Source of the DNA: Hyphomicrobiaceae bacterium
Lineage (GTDB): Bacteria; Pseudomonadota; Alphaproteobacteria; Rhizobiales; Hyphomicrobiaceae
Assembly (NCBI GenBank): GCA_046348995.1
Contig: JAXMDB010000008.1
Span: 211,525-275,524 of the forward strand
Length of the DNA: 64,000 bases
Reading direction: 5' to 3'
Of the stretch, positions 21,110-31,100 are shown piece by piece. The notes under the pieces are model-generated. The model did no database searches, was not told the origin of the DNA, and saw nothing but the letters and a program-made list of their open reading frames with translations. The position numbers and the translations under genes were made by a program. Each line of letters opens with the position of its first letter. The stretch's first letter is position 1.

Positions 21110-21598
21110 GTGACCCTGTCGTTGAACCGTCGAATGCTGCTGCTGGCCGTCGCTGGCGCCCTCCTGGGGTTTGCCGGCGCGCCGGACCATGCCTTTGCCA
21201 AAGGAGGCGGGGGCAGCGGCAGTGGCGGGGGTGGTAGCGGCAGCAGTGGCGGTGGCGACAGCGGGGGCGGGGATAGCAGCGGCGGCGGGGACAGCAGCGG
21301 CAAAGGCGGCGGCGACGACGGTGGCGGCGACGACAACGGCGGCAACAACAGCGGTCACGGCAAGCACAACGATCACAAGCGGGCGAAGGATGCCGTCAAG
21401 AGCGGCTCGGCCCGTCCGCTGCCCGAGATCCTGAGCGTCGTCTCGCGGCAATATCCCGGCAAGGTTATCGACGTGAGCCTCAACCGCCGCAGCAATGTCC
21501 TCATGTACGATGTGAAGCTGATCACGCCGGAGGGCAAGATCATCCGCGTCCGCGTCGATGCGGAGAGCGCCGTCATTCTCGGCATCAAGGGGATCTAG
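21110..21598 (+). CDS. Secreted PepSY domain protein with Gly-rich low-complexity linker
   Basis: Signal peptide (LLLAVAGALLGFAGAPDHAFA), then a (GGGS/GGGD) run, then a C-terminal PepSY-like fold (YPGKVIDVSLNRRSNVLMYDVKLITPEGKIIRVRVDAESAVI). Confidence 0.7.
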   Translation: MTLSLNRRMLLLAVAGALLGFAGAPDHAFAKGGGGSGSGGGGSGSSGGGDSGGGDSSGGGDSSGKGGGDDGGGDDNGGNNSGHGKHNDHKRAKDAVKSGSARPLPEILSVVSRQYPGKVIDVSLNRRSNVLMYDVKLITPEGKIIRVRVDAESAVILGIKGI

Positions 21599-21600
21599 CG

Positions 21601-22266
21601 ATGCGCATGCTGGTTGTCGAGGACGAGCCCAAGATCGCGCTCGACGTCTCTCGCGCGCTCGAATCCGCTGGCTACGTCGTCGAGGTGGCGCGGGACGGCG
21701 AGGATGCCTGGTTCCGGGGCGACACGGAGGACTTCTCTCTCGTCGTTCTCGACTTGGGCCTGCCCAAACTCGACGGACTGACCGTGCTGAAACGCTGGCG
21801 TGGCGAAGGCAACCGGACGCCGGTTCTCGTGCTGACGGCCCGGGGCAGCTGGACGGAGCGGGTCGAGGGGATCGACGCCGGCGCCGACGACTATCTCCCC
21901 AAGCCTTTCCAAATGGAGGAGCTGCTCGCCCGGGTCCGCGCGCTCGTGCGCCGCACCAGCGGGGAGGCGACCTCGACCTTGCGGGCCGGCAGCGTGGCGC
22001 TCGACTTGAAGCAGAAGCGCGTCTCGGTCGACGGCATTCCGCTCAATCTCTCGCCGCTCGAGTTCCGCCTGATCAACTTCCTCATGCACAATCGCGGCCG
22101 CGTGGTCTCCCAGCAGGAGCTTACCGAGCAGCTCTACAATCAGGACTTCGAGCGCGAGAGCAACTCGATCGAGGTGCTGATCGGGCGCTTGCGCCGCAAG
22201 CTCAAGGTCGATCTCATCGAGACCCGCCGCGGCCACGGCTATGTGGTGCCGGACGAAAGCCCATGA
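21601..22266 (+). CDS. OmpR family two-component response regulator
   Basis: Receiver domain with the phospho-acceptor Asp (LVVLDLGLP) and a winged-helix DNA-binding C-terminus (HGYVVPD). Its stop overlaps the kinase start (ATGA). Confidence 0.9.
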   Translation: MRMLVVEDEPKIALDVSRALESAGYVVEVARDGEDAWFRGDTEDFSLVVLDLGLPKLDGLTVLKRWRGEGNRTPVLVLTARGSWTERVEGIDAGADDYLPKPFQMEELLARVRALVRRTSGEATSTLRAGSVALDLKQKRVSVDGIPLNLSPLEFRLINFLMHNRGRVVSQQELTEQLYNQDFERESNSIEVLIGRLRRKLKVDLIETRRGHGYVVPDESP

Positions 22267-23639
22267 AGGCGCCGTCTCTCAAGCTCCGCTTTCTCGCCGC
22301 TGCCGCGCTGACGATCGCCCTCGCGCTGGGGCTCGCCGGCTTGGCGCTCTCCGCCATGTTCGAAAACCACGTCGAGCGGCGCGTCGTCGGCGAGCTCGGC
22401 ACTTATCTCGACCAGCTCGCGGCAGGCCTTGAGATCGGCGAGGACGGGGTGCCGAGCGTCAATCCGGATCTGCCGGAGGCGCGGTTCGAGCAGCCGCTCA
22501 GCGGACTTTACTGGCAGGTGACCGAGAGCGGGACGACGATCGGCTCCTCACGCTCGCTCTGGGATCAGTCGCTCGCGGTCCCCGAGCTTGCCGACCTCAA
22601 GATCGGCGAGAGCCGCCACATCACGATCCCGGGCCCGTCGGGCAATCCGCTCTACGTGCTCGTCCGCAAGCTTTCCGTCGATGCGGGCACGGGTAGCCGC
22701 GTCCTCACCCTGTCCTCGGGCATCGACGTCGCCGAGCTGCGCGTGATCCAGCGCGATTTCGATACCGAGCTGGCACTCATGCTCGGCCTGCTGGGCGCGT
22801 TCCTGCTCGGCGCCGCCTGGCTGCAGGTCGGGCTCGGCTTGCGGCCGCTCTCGTTGTTGCGCGAGCGCTTGGGGCACGTCGTCGGCGGCACCGAGAAACG
22901 GCTCGCCGGCAATTTCCCGGCCGAGGTCCTGCCGCTGGTCGAGGAGCTCAACGCGCTGCTCGCCTCGCAGGAAAGCTCGATTGCGCGCGCAAGGGCCAGG
23001 GCCGGCGATCTGGCGCATGGCTTGAAGACGCCGCTGACCATTCTTTCGGGCCGCGCGCGCGAGCTTTCCGCAGCCGGCATAGGCGATGCGGCGCGCGACA
23101 TCGCGGAGCAAGTGGAGGCCATGCGCCGTCACGTCGAGCGGGAGCTTGCACGGGCTCGTGTCTCGCATGCCCGGGCGCCGGAGCCAGTGACGCTCGCGCC
23201 GCTCATCGACAAGGTCGTGCGCACCATGCAGCGCATGCCGCGTGGCGATGAAATCACCTGGACGCGCGACATCGAGCCGGGCCTGATGGCCCGTATCGAT
23301 GCCGTCGATGGCGCGGAGCTTCTCGGCAACCTGCTCGACAACGCCCGCAAATGGACGCGCTCGACGATCCGCATCGCCGGCCACCAGAACGGCAAAGGCG
23401 TCGAGCTCAGCCTCGAGGACGACGGGCCGGGTGTGCCGGACGAGAAGCTCACGGTGGTCGTCGAGCGTGGACAGCGTTTGGACGAGACCGTGCAGGGCAC
23501 CGGCCTTGGCCTCGCTATCGCGAGCGACATCGTCGAGGCGGTGGGAGCGGAAATGTCGCTCTACCGCTCGAGCCTCGGCGGTCTCGGGGTTCGCCTCACA
23601 CTGCCGAGCGGACGGCCTGGCGCGAGCGCGGGCGAGTAG
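22263..23639 (+). CDS. Sensor histidine kinase (periplasmic sensor, HAMP-like, HisKA, HATPase_c)
   Basis: ATG at 22263. Two TM helices flank a periplasmic domain. H-box (LAHGLKTPLT) and the N, G1, G2 boxes (NLLDNARKWT, DDGPGVP, GTGLGLAI). The ORF track start at 21558 is an upstream extension. Confidence 0.85.
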   Translation: MKAPSLKLRFLAAAALTIALALGLAGLALSAMFENHVERRVVGELGTYLDQLAAGLEIGEDGVPSVNPDLPEARFEQPLSGLYWQVTESGTTIGSSRSLWDQSLAVPELADLKIGESRHITIPGPSGNPLYVLVRKLSVDAGTGSRVLTLSSGIDVAELRVIQRDFDTELALMLGLLGAFLLGAAWLQVGLGLRPLSLLRERLGHVVGGTEKRLAGNFPAEVLPLVEELNALLASQESSIARARARAGDLAHGLKTPLTILSGRARELSAAGIGDAARDIAEQVEAMRRHVERELARARVSHARAPEPVTLAPLIDKVVRTMQRMPRGDEITWTRDIEPGLMARIDAVDGAELLGNLLDNARKWTRSTIRIAGHQNGKGVELSLEDDGPGVPDEKLTVVVERGQRLDETVQGTGLGLAIASDIVEAVGAEMSLYRSSLGGLGVRLTLPSGRPGASAGE

Positions 23640-23645
23640 AGTCCG

Positions 23646-25262
23646 CTATTTCCCGACCATCCACGGCCCGGTCTCGATGATCACGGGCACCTCGGTCTTG
23701 GCGTGTTTCTTCAGCGCGGCGCCGAGCTCGACTAGCGAGGCTGGACGCGCATAGGGGATGCCGACGGACTCGGCCGCCTTGCCGAAGTCGGGCGGCGGGA
23801 TGTCGACGGCGACCGGCTTGATCTCCTTGGAAACCATGTAGTCCTTGATCTCGCGGTAGCCGTTGTTGTTCCAGATGATGACGATGACGCCGGCCTTCGC
23901 CTCACGGCCTGACATCAGCTCGGGCAGCGTGAACTGGATGCCGCCGTCGCCGGTGACGACGACGACATGCCGGTCAGGGCGGGCGATCTTGGCGCCGATG
24001 CCGGCGGGAAGCGCGTAGCCGAGCGTGCCGAAGCCGGTGCCGGCGCCGAAATAGCTGCGCGGGCTAGGGGCCCGATAGGTGAGAGCGCCGCGGTAGGCGA
24101 CCTTGGTCGAGTCGCCGATGACGATCGGGTCCGGCAGCGTGGCACGGATCAGCTCGAGGAATTCGTCGTAGAAGGGATCCTCGGGCTCGCGCGTCTGGCG
24201 GGCGATCGTGGTCATGCGGGCGACCGCGTCCTTGGCCCAGGCGGTGTCGTGTTTGCCGGCCTTCGCCCCGTCGAGCCGGGCAACGAGCCCCTCGACCGCG
24301 AGCTTGGCATCGGCGACCACCGAGAAGGCGACGCGCGGCCCGATGGCGATCTGCCTGGGATCGATGTCGATGCGGGCAGTCGGCGGCTTCGGATTGAGCT
24401 GGCCTGTCGCGTAGAACTCGTAGTCCGTCTCGCCGAGCTCGGTGCCGATCATCAGCACGAAGTCGGCCTCGTCGACGATGGCGCGGCCGCTGTCGCGATT
24501 GACGGCGAACTCCGTGCAGAGCGGATGCTCGGGGGCTAAGATGCCGCGCGCGTTCTGCGTCATGATGACGGGCGCATCGAGGCGCTCGGCGAGCGTCCGA
24601 ATACCGGCTGCCGCGTCGCTCGCGCCACCGCCGCAGACGATCATGACGCGCTTGGCGCCGGCGAGCTTGGCCGCGACCTTGTCGAGCATCGCCGGATCGG
24701 CCGCCGGACGCGACGGCAGATCGCCGACGCCGTCGATTTTCCACTCCTGACGCGCGACGCCGACGTCGATCGGGATCTCGATGTGCACGGGACGCGGGCG
24801 CGAGGAGTTGAAGACCGCGAAGGCCGCGCGCAACACGTCCGGCATCTCGTCGGGCCGGAGCAGCGTATGGGAGAACGCCGTGAGCCCCGCCGAAAGATTC
24901 CGCTGGTTCGGCATCTCGTGCAGATAGCCTTTGCCGAGGCCGAGCTCGTGGCGCTGATTGACGGAGGAGAAGACGAGCAGCGGGATCGAATCGCCGTAGG
25001 CCTGCCCCATGGCGGTGGCGATATTGGTCAGGCCCGGACCAGTGATCACCATGGCGACGCCCGGCTTGCCGGTCGCCCGCGCATAGCCGTCCGCCATGAA
25101 CCCCGCGCCCTGCTCGTGGCGGGGGCTGATGTGCCGGATCTTCGTATCCCAAAGCCCGCGATAGAACTCGACGTTGTGGACGCCCGGAATGCCGAAGACG
25201 TGGCGAACGCCATGGGCTTCGAGAAGGTGGGCGAGGGCGACGCCGGTTGCGAGCGTGGGCAT
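23646..25262 (-). CDS. Thiamine pyrophosphate-dependent enzyme (acetolactate synthase/benzoylformate decarboxylase-like)
   Basis: TPP N-terminal PYR domain (GIPGVHNVEFY, GPGLTNIATAM), a middle domain and a C-terminal TPP-binding GDG motif (VVVTGDGGIQFTLPEL...NNNGY). 538 aa. Confidence 0.85.
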   Translation of the reverse strand: MPTLATGVALAHLLEAHGVRHVFGIPGVHNVEFYRGLWDTKIRHISPRHEQGAGFMADGYARATGKPGVAMVITGPGLTNIATAMGQAYGDSIPLLVFSSVNQRHELGLGKGYLHEMPNQRNLSAGLTAFSHTLLRPDEMPDVLRAAFAVFNSSRPRPVHIEIPIDVGVARQEWKIDGVGDLPSRPAADPAMLDKVAAKLAGAKRVMIVCGGGASDAAAGIRTLAERLDAPVIMTQNARGILAPEHPLCTEFAVNRDSGRAIVDEADFVLMIGTELGETDYEFYATGQLNPKPPTARIDIDPRQIAIGPRVAFSVVADAKLAVEGLVARLDGAKAGKHDTAWAKDAVARMTTIARQTREPEDPFYDEFLELIRATLPDPIVIGDSTKVAYRGALTYRAPSPRSYFGAGTGFGTLGYALPAGIGAKIARPDRHVVVVTGDGGIQFTLPELMSGREAKAGVIVIIWNNNGYREIKDYMVSKEIKPVAVDIPPPDFGKAAESVGIPYARPASLVELGAALKKHAKTEVPVIIETGPWMVGK

Positions 25263-25410
25263 GGGACCATCCTGGCGAGCTGGAACAAGGCTGTGGATGA
25301 GAGGCTAGCAGCGGCGGCGGCGCTCCGATAGGGGAGCAGGACCGCCGTAAGGCTGTCATGAGCCTGTGACAGAGCCTTGCGCGCGATCCGTCGGTCAAGG
25401 AGGGCAAGCC

Positions 25411-26217
25411 ATGTCGACTTCGAACGGGACTACACCATCCGGCGACGACCATTCGAAGGAGCGCAAGAAGCGAGGTGGCCTCTTCCGCTGGTACGACCGC
25501 GCGGACAACGCCAACGACTGGTACCAGGCGCTGAGCTCGTTCATCGCCAGCAAGACAGGGGCTGCGACGGTGACGCTCGCGCTCGCGGCTGGTGGTGTCG
25601 GCGGCGTCGCGATGCTCAAGCCCGATCTCATCCGCTCCTTCCTCAAGAGCGATGTCGAGGTCGCCACCGAGCGGTGGGGCGACAGCTCGGTCGTCTATCC
25701 GATCGAGGGCGTCGACAAGGCCGGCCGCCGCGCCCGCTTCGACGTCGTGCTGCTGACGAAGCAGTACACGTGGCTCTGGGGCAGCGACCTCTACCTCATG
25801 AAGAATGGCGGGTCGCTGTCGCAGGAGGACATAGTCAAGACGGTGCTCGGCGGCGATCTCAAGGCCGGGCTGTCGCGCTCGCCGGAGGTCATCGCGGTCG
25901 GCGTCGCCTCCCAGGAGGGCGCGTCCAACAGCGAGCTGACGCGGGCGCGCCGTCGCGCCGAGACCTCCGCCAAATGGCTGAAACAGGTGCTGCCGTCGAC
26001 CGCGAAGGTGTCTCAGCTGAACCTCGGCCAGTACAAGACCGATTGCGGCGCCGCTGGACAAGACTCGAGCTGGCAGCGCCCCTTCATGATGATCGGCGTG
26101 CGCGAGCAGGATCAGGGCGTCGTGCTGACGGAGGCCTTGGCGGACGCGCTGTCGGGCAAATCCAACATGCCGGGCCCGGCCTGCTACTCGTCTTTCGAGA
26201 TGACGAAGCAGGGCTGA
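25411..26217 (+). CDS. Hypothetical membrane-anchored protein
   Basis: ATG at 25411 preceded by AAGGAGGG. One predicted TM helix (TGAATVTLALAAGGVGGVAML). No recognisable catalytic motifs. Confidence 0.45.
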   Translation: MSTSNGTTPSGDDHSKERKKRGGLFRWYDRADNANDWYQALSSFIASKTGAATVTLALAAGGVGGVAMLKPDLIRSFLKSDVEVATERWGDSSVVYPIEGVDKAGRRARFDVVLLTKQYTWLWGSDLYLMKNGGSLSQEDIVKTVLGGDLKAGLSRSPEVIAVGVASQEGASNSELTRARRRAETSAKWLKQVLPSTAKVSQLNLGQYKTDCGAAGQDSSWQRPFMMIGVREQDQGVVLTEALADALSGKSNMPGPACYSSFEMTKQG

Positions 26218-26250
26218 GCCCCGCTTCGTCGGATTTCGATACGTCGCGGC

Positions 26251-26853
26251 TCAGCCCTTGGCGAGCTTGGCCGCGATCTGAGCGACGTGCTTGCCCTGGA
26301 AGCGGGCGCCGGCGAGCTCGTTGGCGGAGGGCTGACGCGAGCCGTCGCCGTCCGAGATCGTCGATGCGCCGTAGGGCGAGCCGCCCGTCACCTCTTTGAC
26401 GCCCATCTGGCCCTGCCAAGAATAGGGCAGGCCGACGATCACCATGCCGTGGTGCAGCAGGACCGTGTGGGTGGAGAGGATCGTGCTCTCCTGGCCGCCG
26501 TGCTGAGTCGCGGTCGAGGAGAACACGCTGCCGACCTTGCCGATCAGCTTGCCGGCGAACCAGAGGCCGCCGGTCTGATCGAGGAAGTTCTTCATCTGCG
26601 CCGGCATGTTGCCGAAGCGGGTCGGCACGCCGACGACGATGGCGTCATAGTTGGGGAGCTCGTCGACGGTGGCGATCGGCGCCGCCTGGTCGGTCTTGAA
26701 GCCGGACGCCTTGGCGACCTCGGCCGGGACCAGCTCCGGCACCCGCTTGACCACGACCTCGGCGCCGGCTTCCCGGGCTCCTTCGGCAACGGCGCCGGCC
26801 ATGGTCTCGATGTGGCCGTAGCTCGAATAATAGAGGACAAGGACTTTGGTCAT
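26251..26853 (-). CDS. wrbA: NAD(P)H:quinone oxidoreductase WrbA (flavodoxin-like)
   Basis: [19 protein letters not shown] flavodoxin-like start and the WrbA signature through the C-terminus. 200 aa from ATG 26853. Confidence 0.9.
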   Translation of the reverse strand: MTKVLVLYYSSYGHIETMAGAVAEGAREAGAEVVVKRVPELVPAEVAKASGFKTDQAAPIATVDELPNYDAIVVGVPTRFGNMPAQMKNFLDQTGGLWFAGKLIGKVGSVFSSTATQHGGQESTILSTHTVLLHHGMVIVGLPYSWQGQMGVKEVTGGSPYGASTISDGDGSRQPSANELAGARFQGKHVAQIAAKLAKG

Positions 26854-26937
26854 GGACGGCTCCGTTATATGCAGGTGCATCAGATTGAATGCAGTGGCAT
26901 ATAATGGAGCACGGACGAAAGTCAATCGGCAACCGGA

Positions 26938-27864
26938 TCAAGTTCCCGGATGCTTGACCTCCCAGGGCTTCACCCAGTCGCCCGCCACCCGCAAGTCGAT
27001 GCCCGCATCATCCTCGATGACCTTGCAAACGGTCATCTCCCCGGCCCCGGTTCCGTAGCGGGCGCCCGCCTCCTTGAAGCGCGCATGCGTCGCCTCCGTC
27101 AGCTCGTTGCGCGTGCCGACCTCGTCCATCAGCTCCTTGATGAGCGATAGATCCTTCAAGCACAGCGCGATGGGGAAGGAAGGATCGTAATGACCGGCGA
27201 AGATCGAGGGCACGTCGTGTTGCAGCACGAACGAATCTGCAGCCCCGCCCTTCATGACGTCCCACCAGAGCTTAGGATCGAGACCCGCGAGCTTGGCCGT
27301 CACCATCGCCTCGCCGATCGCCGCGGCGTGGATCTTCCAGAGCTGATTATTGACGAGCTTCGCCACATAGCCGTTGCCGTATTGGCCGACACGGCGCAGC
27401 TGACCCATCGCCTCGATGATCGGACGGGCGATCTCGACGTCCTTGTCCTCGCCGCCGACGAACATCGGCATGTCGCCGCGAATCGCGGCATCGACCGAGC
27501 CGGTGACCGGCGCATCGACCGGCCCGCCGCCCTTCGCCTGAAACTCGGCGGCGAGCGCGCGCATGAGCTTCGGGCTGGACGTCGTCATGTCGATCCAGGT
27601 CTTGCCCTGGCAGCGCGTCGCGAGGAAGCCGCTCTCGCCCCGCACGACCTGCTCGACCTCTTTGGGCCCGAACACCATCGTCACGACGATATCGCAGCGA
27701 TCGAGAACATCGGCGGGGCTCTTGCCGGCCTGAGCGCCCGTCTCGAGCAGGGGCTTCAGAGCATCGGGGCGAACGTCGAAGACAACCATGTCGTAGCCCG
27801 CGCGCCGCACGTTCAGCGCCGCGTTGCGACCCATCGTGCCCAAGCCGATGAAACCAACTTTCAT
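26938..27864 (-). CDS. NAD(P)-dependent oxidoreductase, 3-hydroxyisobutyrate dehydrogenase (HIBADH) family
   Basis: MKVGFIGLGTMGRNAALN Rossmann start and the 6-PGDH-like NAD-binding fold. Catalytic Lys region (GNGYVAKLVNNQL). Confidence 0.85.
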   Translation of the reverse strand: MKVGFIGLGTMGRNAALNVRRAGYDMVVFDVRPDALKPLLETGAQAGKSPADVLDRCDIVVTMVFGPKEVEQVVRGESGFLATRCQGKTWIDMTTSSPKLMRALAAEFQAKGGGPVDAPVTGSVDAAIRGDMPMFVGGEDKDVEIARPIIEAMGQLRRVGQYGNGYVAKLVNNQLWKIHAAAIGEAMVTAKLAGLDPKLWWDVMKGGAADSFVLQHDVPSIFAGHYDPSFPIALCLKDLSLIKELMDEVGTRNELTEATHARFKEAGARYGTGAGEMTVCKVIEDDAGIDLRVAGDWVKPWEVKHPGT

Positions 27865-27896
27865 GATGTCTCCTGGATAGCTTCGGGTGCTGGGGC

Positions 27897-28184
27897 TTAG
27901 ATGCCCTCGATGATCACGAGATCCGACTCAGCCGCGCGATCGAAGATCGCTTTCGCCTCGGCATATTCGGGCGAGTGGTAGCAGGCTTTCGCGGCCTCGT
28001 AGCTCGGGAACTCGACGATCACATGCCGCTCGCGCGATGCGCCCCGCGTCACCTCGTGCTGACCGCCGCGCACGAGAAACCGGCCGCCATACGTGTCGAA
28101 TGCCTTCGAGTTGACGGAGCGGTAGCTCTCGTAGATTTGCGGGTCTTTGACAGTGATGTGGGCGATCCAATACCCCTTAGGCAT
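27897..28184 (-). CDS. DUF1330 domain protein
   Basis: 95 aa, MPKGYWIAHITVKDPQIYESY...EFPSYEAAKACYHSPEYAEAK. It is a paralog of the gene at 38001-38295. Confidence 0.7.
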   Translation of the reverse strand: MPKGYWIAHITVKDPQIYESYRSVNSKAFDTYGGRFLVRGGQHEVTRGASRERHVIVEFPSYEAAKACYHSPEYAEAKAIFDRAAESDLVIIEGI

Positions 28185-28193
28185 GTCGCGACC

Positions 28194-28907
28194 TCACCCC
28201 ACCGTCAGCGACTGTAAATTGATCAACTCACCGATGCCCTTCTTGGCGAGGATCATGAGCTGGTCGAAGCTCCCCTGGCTGAACGGGTGGGCTTCCGCCG
28301 TGCCTTGGATTTCGACGATGCCGCCCTTGCCGGTCATCACGAAGTTGGCGTCGGCCTCGGCGTTGGAATCCTCGGCATAGTCGAGGTCGAGCACCGCCTC
28401 GCCCTGGTAGATGCCACAGGAGACGGCCGCGACCTGATCGCGCAGCACCTCGGCGCCGATCATGTTGCGTGCCCGCATCCAGGCGAGGCAATCGCTCAAG
28501 GCGACCCAGGCGCCTGTGATGGACGCCGTCCGCGTACCGCCGTCCGCCTGGATGACGTCGCAGTCGACCGTGATCTGGCGCTCGCCAAGCTTCTGGAGAT
28601 CGACGACAGCCCTGAGCGAGCGGCCGATCAGGCGCTGAATCTCGTGCGTCCGGCCCGAGGGATGCCCCTGCGTCACCTCCCGCCGGGTGCGGTCGGCAGT
28701 AGCACGGGGCAACATCGAATACTCGGCGGTCACCCAGCCGCGCCCCTGGCCCTTGAGCCAGGGCGGCAACCGCTCCTCGAGACTCGCCGTGCACAGAACA
28801 TGCGTGTTGCCGAAGCGGATGAGGCATGAGCCCTCGGCGTGCATGGATACCGCGCGCTCGATATGCACGGGACGGAGCTCATCGGCCTGACGCTTCGACG
28901 GTCGCAT
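28194..28907 (-). CDS. rph: Ribonuclease PH
   Basis: Start [14 protein letters not shown] at ATG 28907. The RNase PH signature runs throughout ([17 protein letters not shown]...). The ORF track start at 29141 is an upstream extension. Confidence 0.9.
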   Translation of the reverse strand: MRPSKRQADELRPVHIERAVSMHAEGSCLIRFGNTHVLCTASLEERLPPWLKGQGRGWVTAEYSMLPRATADRTRREVTQGHPSGRTHEIQRLIGRSLRAVVDLQKLGERQITVDCDVIQADGGTRTASITGAWVALSDCLAWMRARNMIGAEVLRDQVAAVSCGIYQGEAVLDLDYAEDSNAEADANFVMTGKGGIVEIQGTAEAHPFSQGSFDQLMILAKKGIGELINLQSLTVG

Positions 28908-29043
28908 TCTGAACGTCTCTTTGTGGAACAGGGGTGGAAAGGATGACGGACCGGCCGGGACCGGGGCCGGCAACCTCTTAGCATCGCCGGCCGCAGTCGT
29001 GTATGGAAAAAGCGAACGGGGCACCCCATATGACGCGACTGCC

Positions 29044-30132
29044 ATGACGACACTCCGCACACCAGGCCCCGCCGCCGGAAAAGGCGGCCCGAGCGAGCTC
29101 ACCGAGCTCAACCAGCGCTCGCGCGAAATCTTCCGGCACATCGTCGAGACCTATTTGTCGACCGGCGAGCCCGTCGGCTCGCGCAACCTCGCGCGCGGTC
29201 TGCCAATGACGCTGTCGCCGGCGTCCGTCCGCAACGTCATGGCGGACCTGGAAGGCTTAGGGCTCATCTACGCCCCCCATACCTCCGCCGGCCGCCTGCC
29301 GACCGAGACGGGCCTGCGCTTGTTCGTCGACGCGCTGCTCGAGGTCGGCGACCTGTCGCCGGAAGAGCGTAAGCAGATCGAGGCGCAGGTCGGCTCAAAG
29401 CCCCGCAAGGGCTCGATCGAGGCCGTGCTAGCGGAAGCCAGCGAGATGATCTCGGGGCTCTCGCAGTGCGCGGGCGTGGTGCTGACCGAAAAGCAGTCGG
29501 CCAAGCTCAAGCAGGTGGAGTTCGTCCGCATCGAGCCCGAGCGGGCGCTCGTCGTGCTCGTCAGCGAGGACGGCCGGGTCGAGAACCGGGTCATCGACGT
29601 CGCCAAGGATTTGCCGACCTCGGCCCTTGTCGAGGCGGCGAACTTCTTCAACGCCATGATCCGCGGCCTGACGCTGCCGGAGGCGCGCAGCCGCATCGAG
29701 CGCGAGATCGCCGCCCGCCGTGCCGAGGTCGATCAACTGACCGCCAAGGTCATCGAGGCGGGGCTCGCCACCTGGTCGGGCGGGGAGACGCGGAGCCTCA
29801 TCGTGCGCGGGCAGTCGCGGCTGCTCTCGGACGTGACGGCGCTCGAGGACTTGGAGCGCGTCCGCAAGCTGTTCGACGACCTCGAGACCCAGCAGGAGCT
29901 GCTTGAGCTTTTGGCTGCGGCCGAAAGCGCCGACGGCGTGCGCATCTTCATCGGCTCGGAAAACCGGCTGTTCTCGCTGTCGGGCTCCTCGACCATCGTC
30001 GCACCCTTCCGTGACGCGGAGAACAACATCGTCGGCGTGCTCGGCGTCATCGGCCCGACCCGCCTCAACTACGCCCGGATCATTCCCATGGTCGACTTCA
30101 CGGCCAAGCTGCTCGGCAAGCTCGTGACTTGA
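29044..30132 (+). CDS. hrcA: Heat-inducible transcription repressor HrcA
   Basis: ATG at 29044 ([13 protein letters not shown]...). HrcA winged-helix N-terminus ([25 protein letters not shown]) and a C-terminal dimerisation domain. Divergent from rph and upstream of grpE. Confidence 0.9.
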   Translation: MTTLRTPGPAAGKGGPSELTELNQRSREIFRHIVETYLSTGEPVGSRNLARGLPMTLSPASVRNVMADLEGLGLIYAPHTSAGRLPTETGLRLFVDALLEVGDLSPEERKQIEAQVGSKPRKGSIEAVLAEASEMISGLSQCAGVVLTEKQSAKLKQVEFVRIEPERALVVLVSEDGRVENRVIDVAKDLPTSALVEAANFFNAMIRGLTLPEARSRIEREIAARRAEVDQLTAKVIEAGLATWSGGETRSLIVRGQSRLLSDVTALEDLERVRKLFDDLETQQELLELLAAAESADGVRIFIGSENRLFSLSGSSTIVAPFRDAENNIVGVLGVIGPTRLNYARIIPMVDFTAKLLGKLVT

Positions 30133-30232
30133 TCGCGCGCAAGGGCAGAGGTAACCCCACGGACCTATACGATTTTGCGGCCTCACGCGTTTCATAAATC
30201 GACCAACACCGAACGTGCGACAGGATCATCCA

Positions 30233-30936
30233 TGAGCAGCGATACGAACCGGCCCGATCCCGACGAGGATGAGATGGCGGCAGCCAACGGCAACCAGCCG
30301 GACGACCCCGGTGCCGAGCCCATGGATATGGGAGAGGACGGCGTGCTGACGCCCGAGGCGCTCGAAGCCGCCTTCCAGGCGCTGGCCGACGAGCGCGACA
30401 GCTACAAGGACCGCTACATGCGGACGTTCGCCGAGATGGAGAACATCCGCAAGCGCGCCGAGCGCGAGAAGGCGGACATCCGCAAGTATGCGATCTCGGA
30501 TTTTGCCCGCGACGTGTTGGGCTTGGGCGACAACATTCAGCGCGCGATCGCTGCCGTGCCCGCCGAAGCCGCAGCCCAGGACGGAAATCTCAAGGGATTT
30601 CTGGAAGGCGTGCAGCTGCTCGAGCGCGAGCTGCTGCAGATGCTCGAGCGCCATGGCGTCACCCGCATCGACCCTCAGGGCCAGCGCTTCGATCCCAACC
30701 AGCATCAAGCCGTGATGGAGATGGAGCGGCCCGATTTGCCGGCCGGCGCCGTCGCCGAAGTCTTCCAATCGGGCTACATCATCGGCGAGCGGGTGCTGAG
30801 ACCGGCGATGGTGGCCGTGGCGCGGGGTGGAGCGAAGGTGCCCAAAGAGGCCGCTCCGGCGGCCGCACCCGAAGCGCCGGCGCCAGACGAGCCGGGAGCA
30901 ACCGAGCCCCCGGCCGAGGAAGGCTCCCCGTCCTAA
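30233..30936 (+). CDS. grpE: Nucleotide exchange factor GrpE
   Basis: GrpE coiled-coil and beta-sheet domain motifs (RYMRTFAEMENIRKRAERE; VFQSGYIIGERVLRPAMVAVA). Confidence 0.9.
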
Positions 30937-30940
30937 GTCT

Positions 30941-31100
30941 GGATGCGCCTTCGGCGAAGACTCTCTCCTGGATCCCCACGCTTGGCTCACGCGCTTCGCG
31001 CTCGCGCGTGAGGATGACGAAAGTCTTCGTCATCCTCATTCAAGCGAGCATCGCGAGCGCCGAATGGGGATCCAGGAGAGTGCCTTCGCCGAAGGCCCCT
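30941..31100. repeat. Nested-palindrome intergenic repeat element, copy A
   Basis: Outer inverted repeat CCTTCGGCGAAG/CTTCGCCGAAGG, middle inverted repeat CTCTCCTGGATCCCCA/TGGGGATCCAGGAGAG and an inner perfect hairpin GAGGATGACGAAAG/TCTTCGTCATCCTC. It shares motifs with the copy at 36445-36625. Confidence 0.7.

Noticed and set aside
21055-21451. Pro/Ala-rich minus-strand ORFs (PPLPLLSPPPLL..., AAVVVAATVVAAAFAAA...)
   Set aside because: They are mirror images of the GGC-rich Gly-linker coding region of the PepSY gene.
24064-26061. 665-aa minus-strand ORF spanning the TPP-enzyme/hypothetical junction
   Set aside because: It overlaps two better-supported genes on different strands, is Arg-rich and has low complexity.
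28907-29044. CIRCE (TTAGCACTC-N9-GAGTGCTAA) operator in the rph-hrcA intergenic region
   Set aside because: Only a partial TTAGCA half-site is present, with no matching inverted partner.
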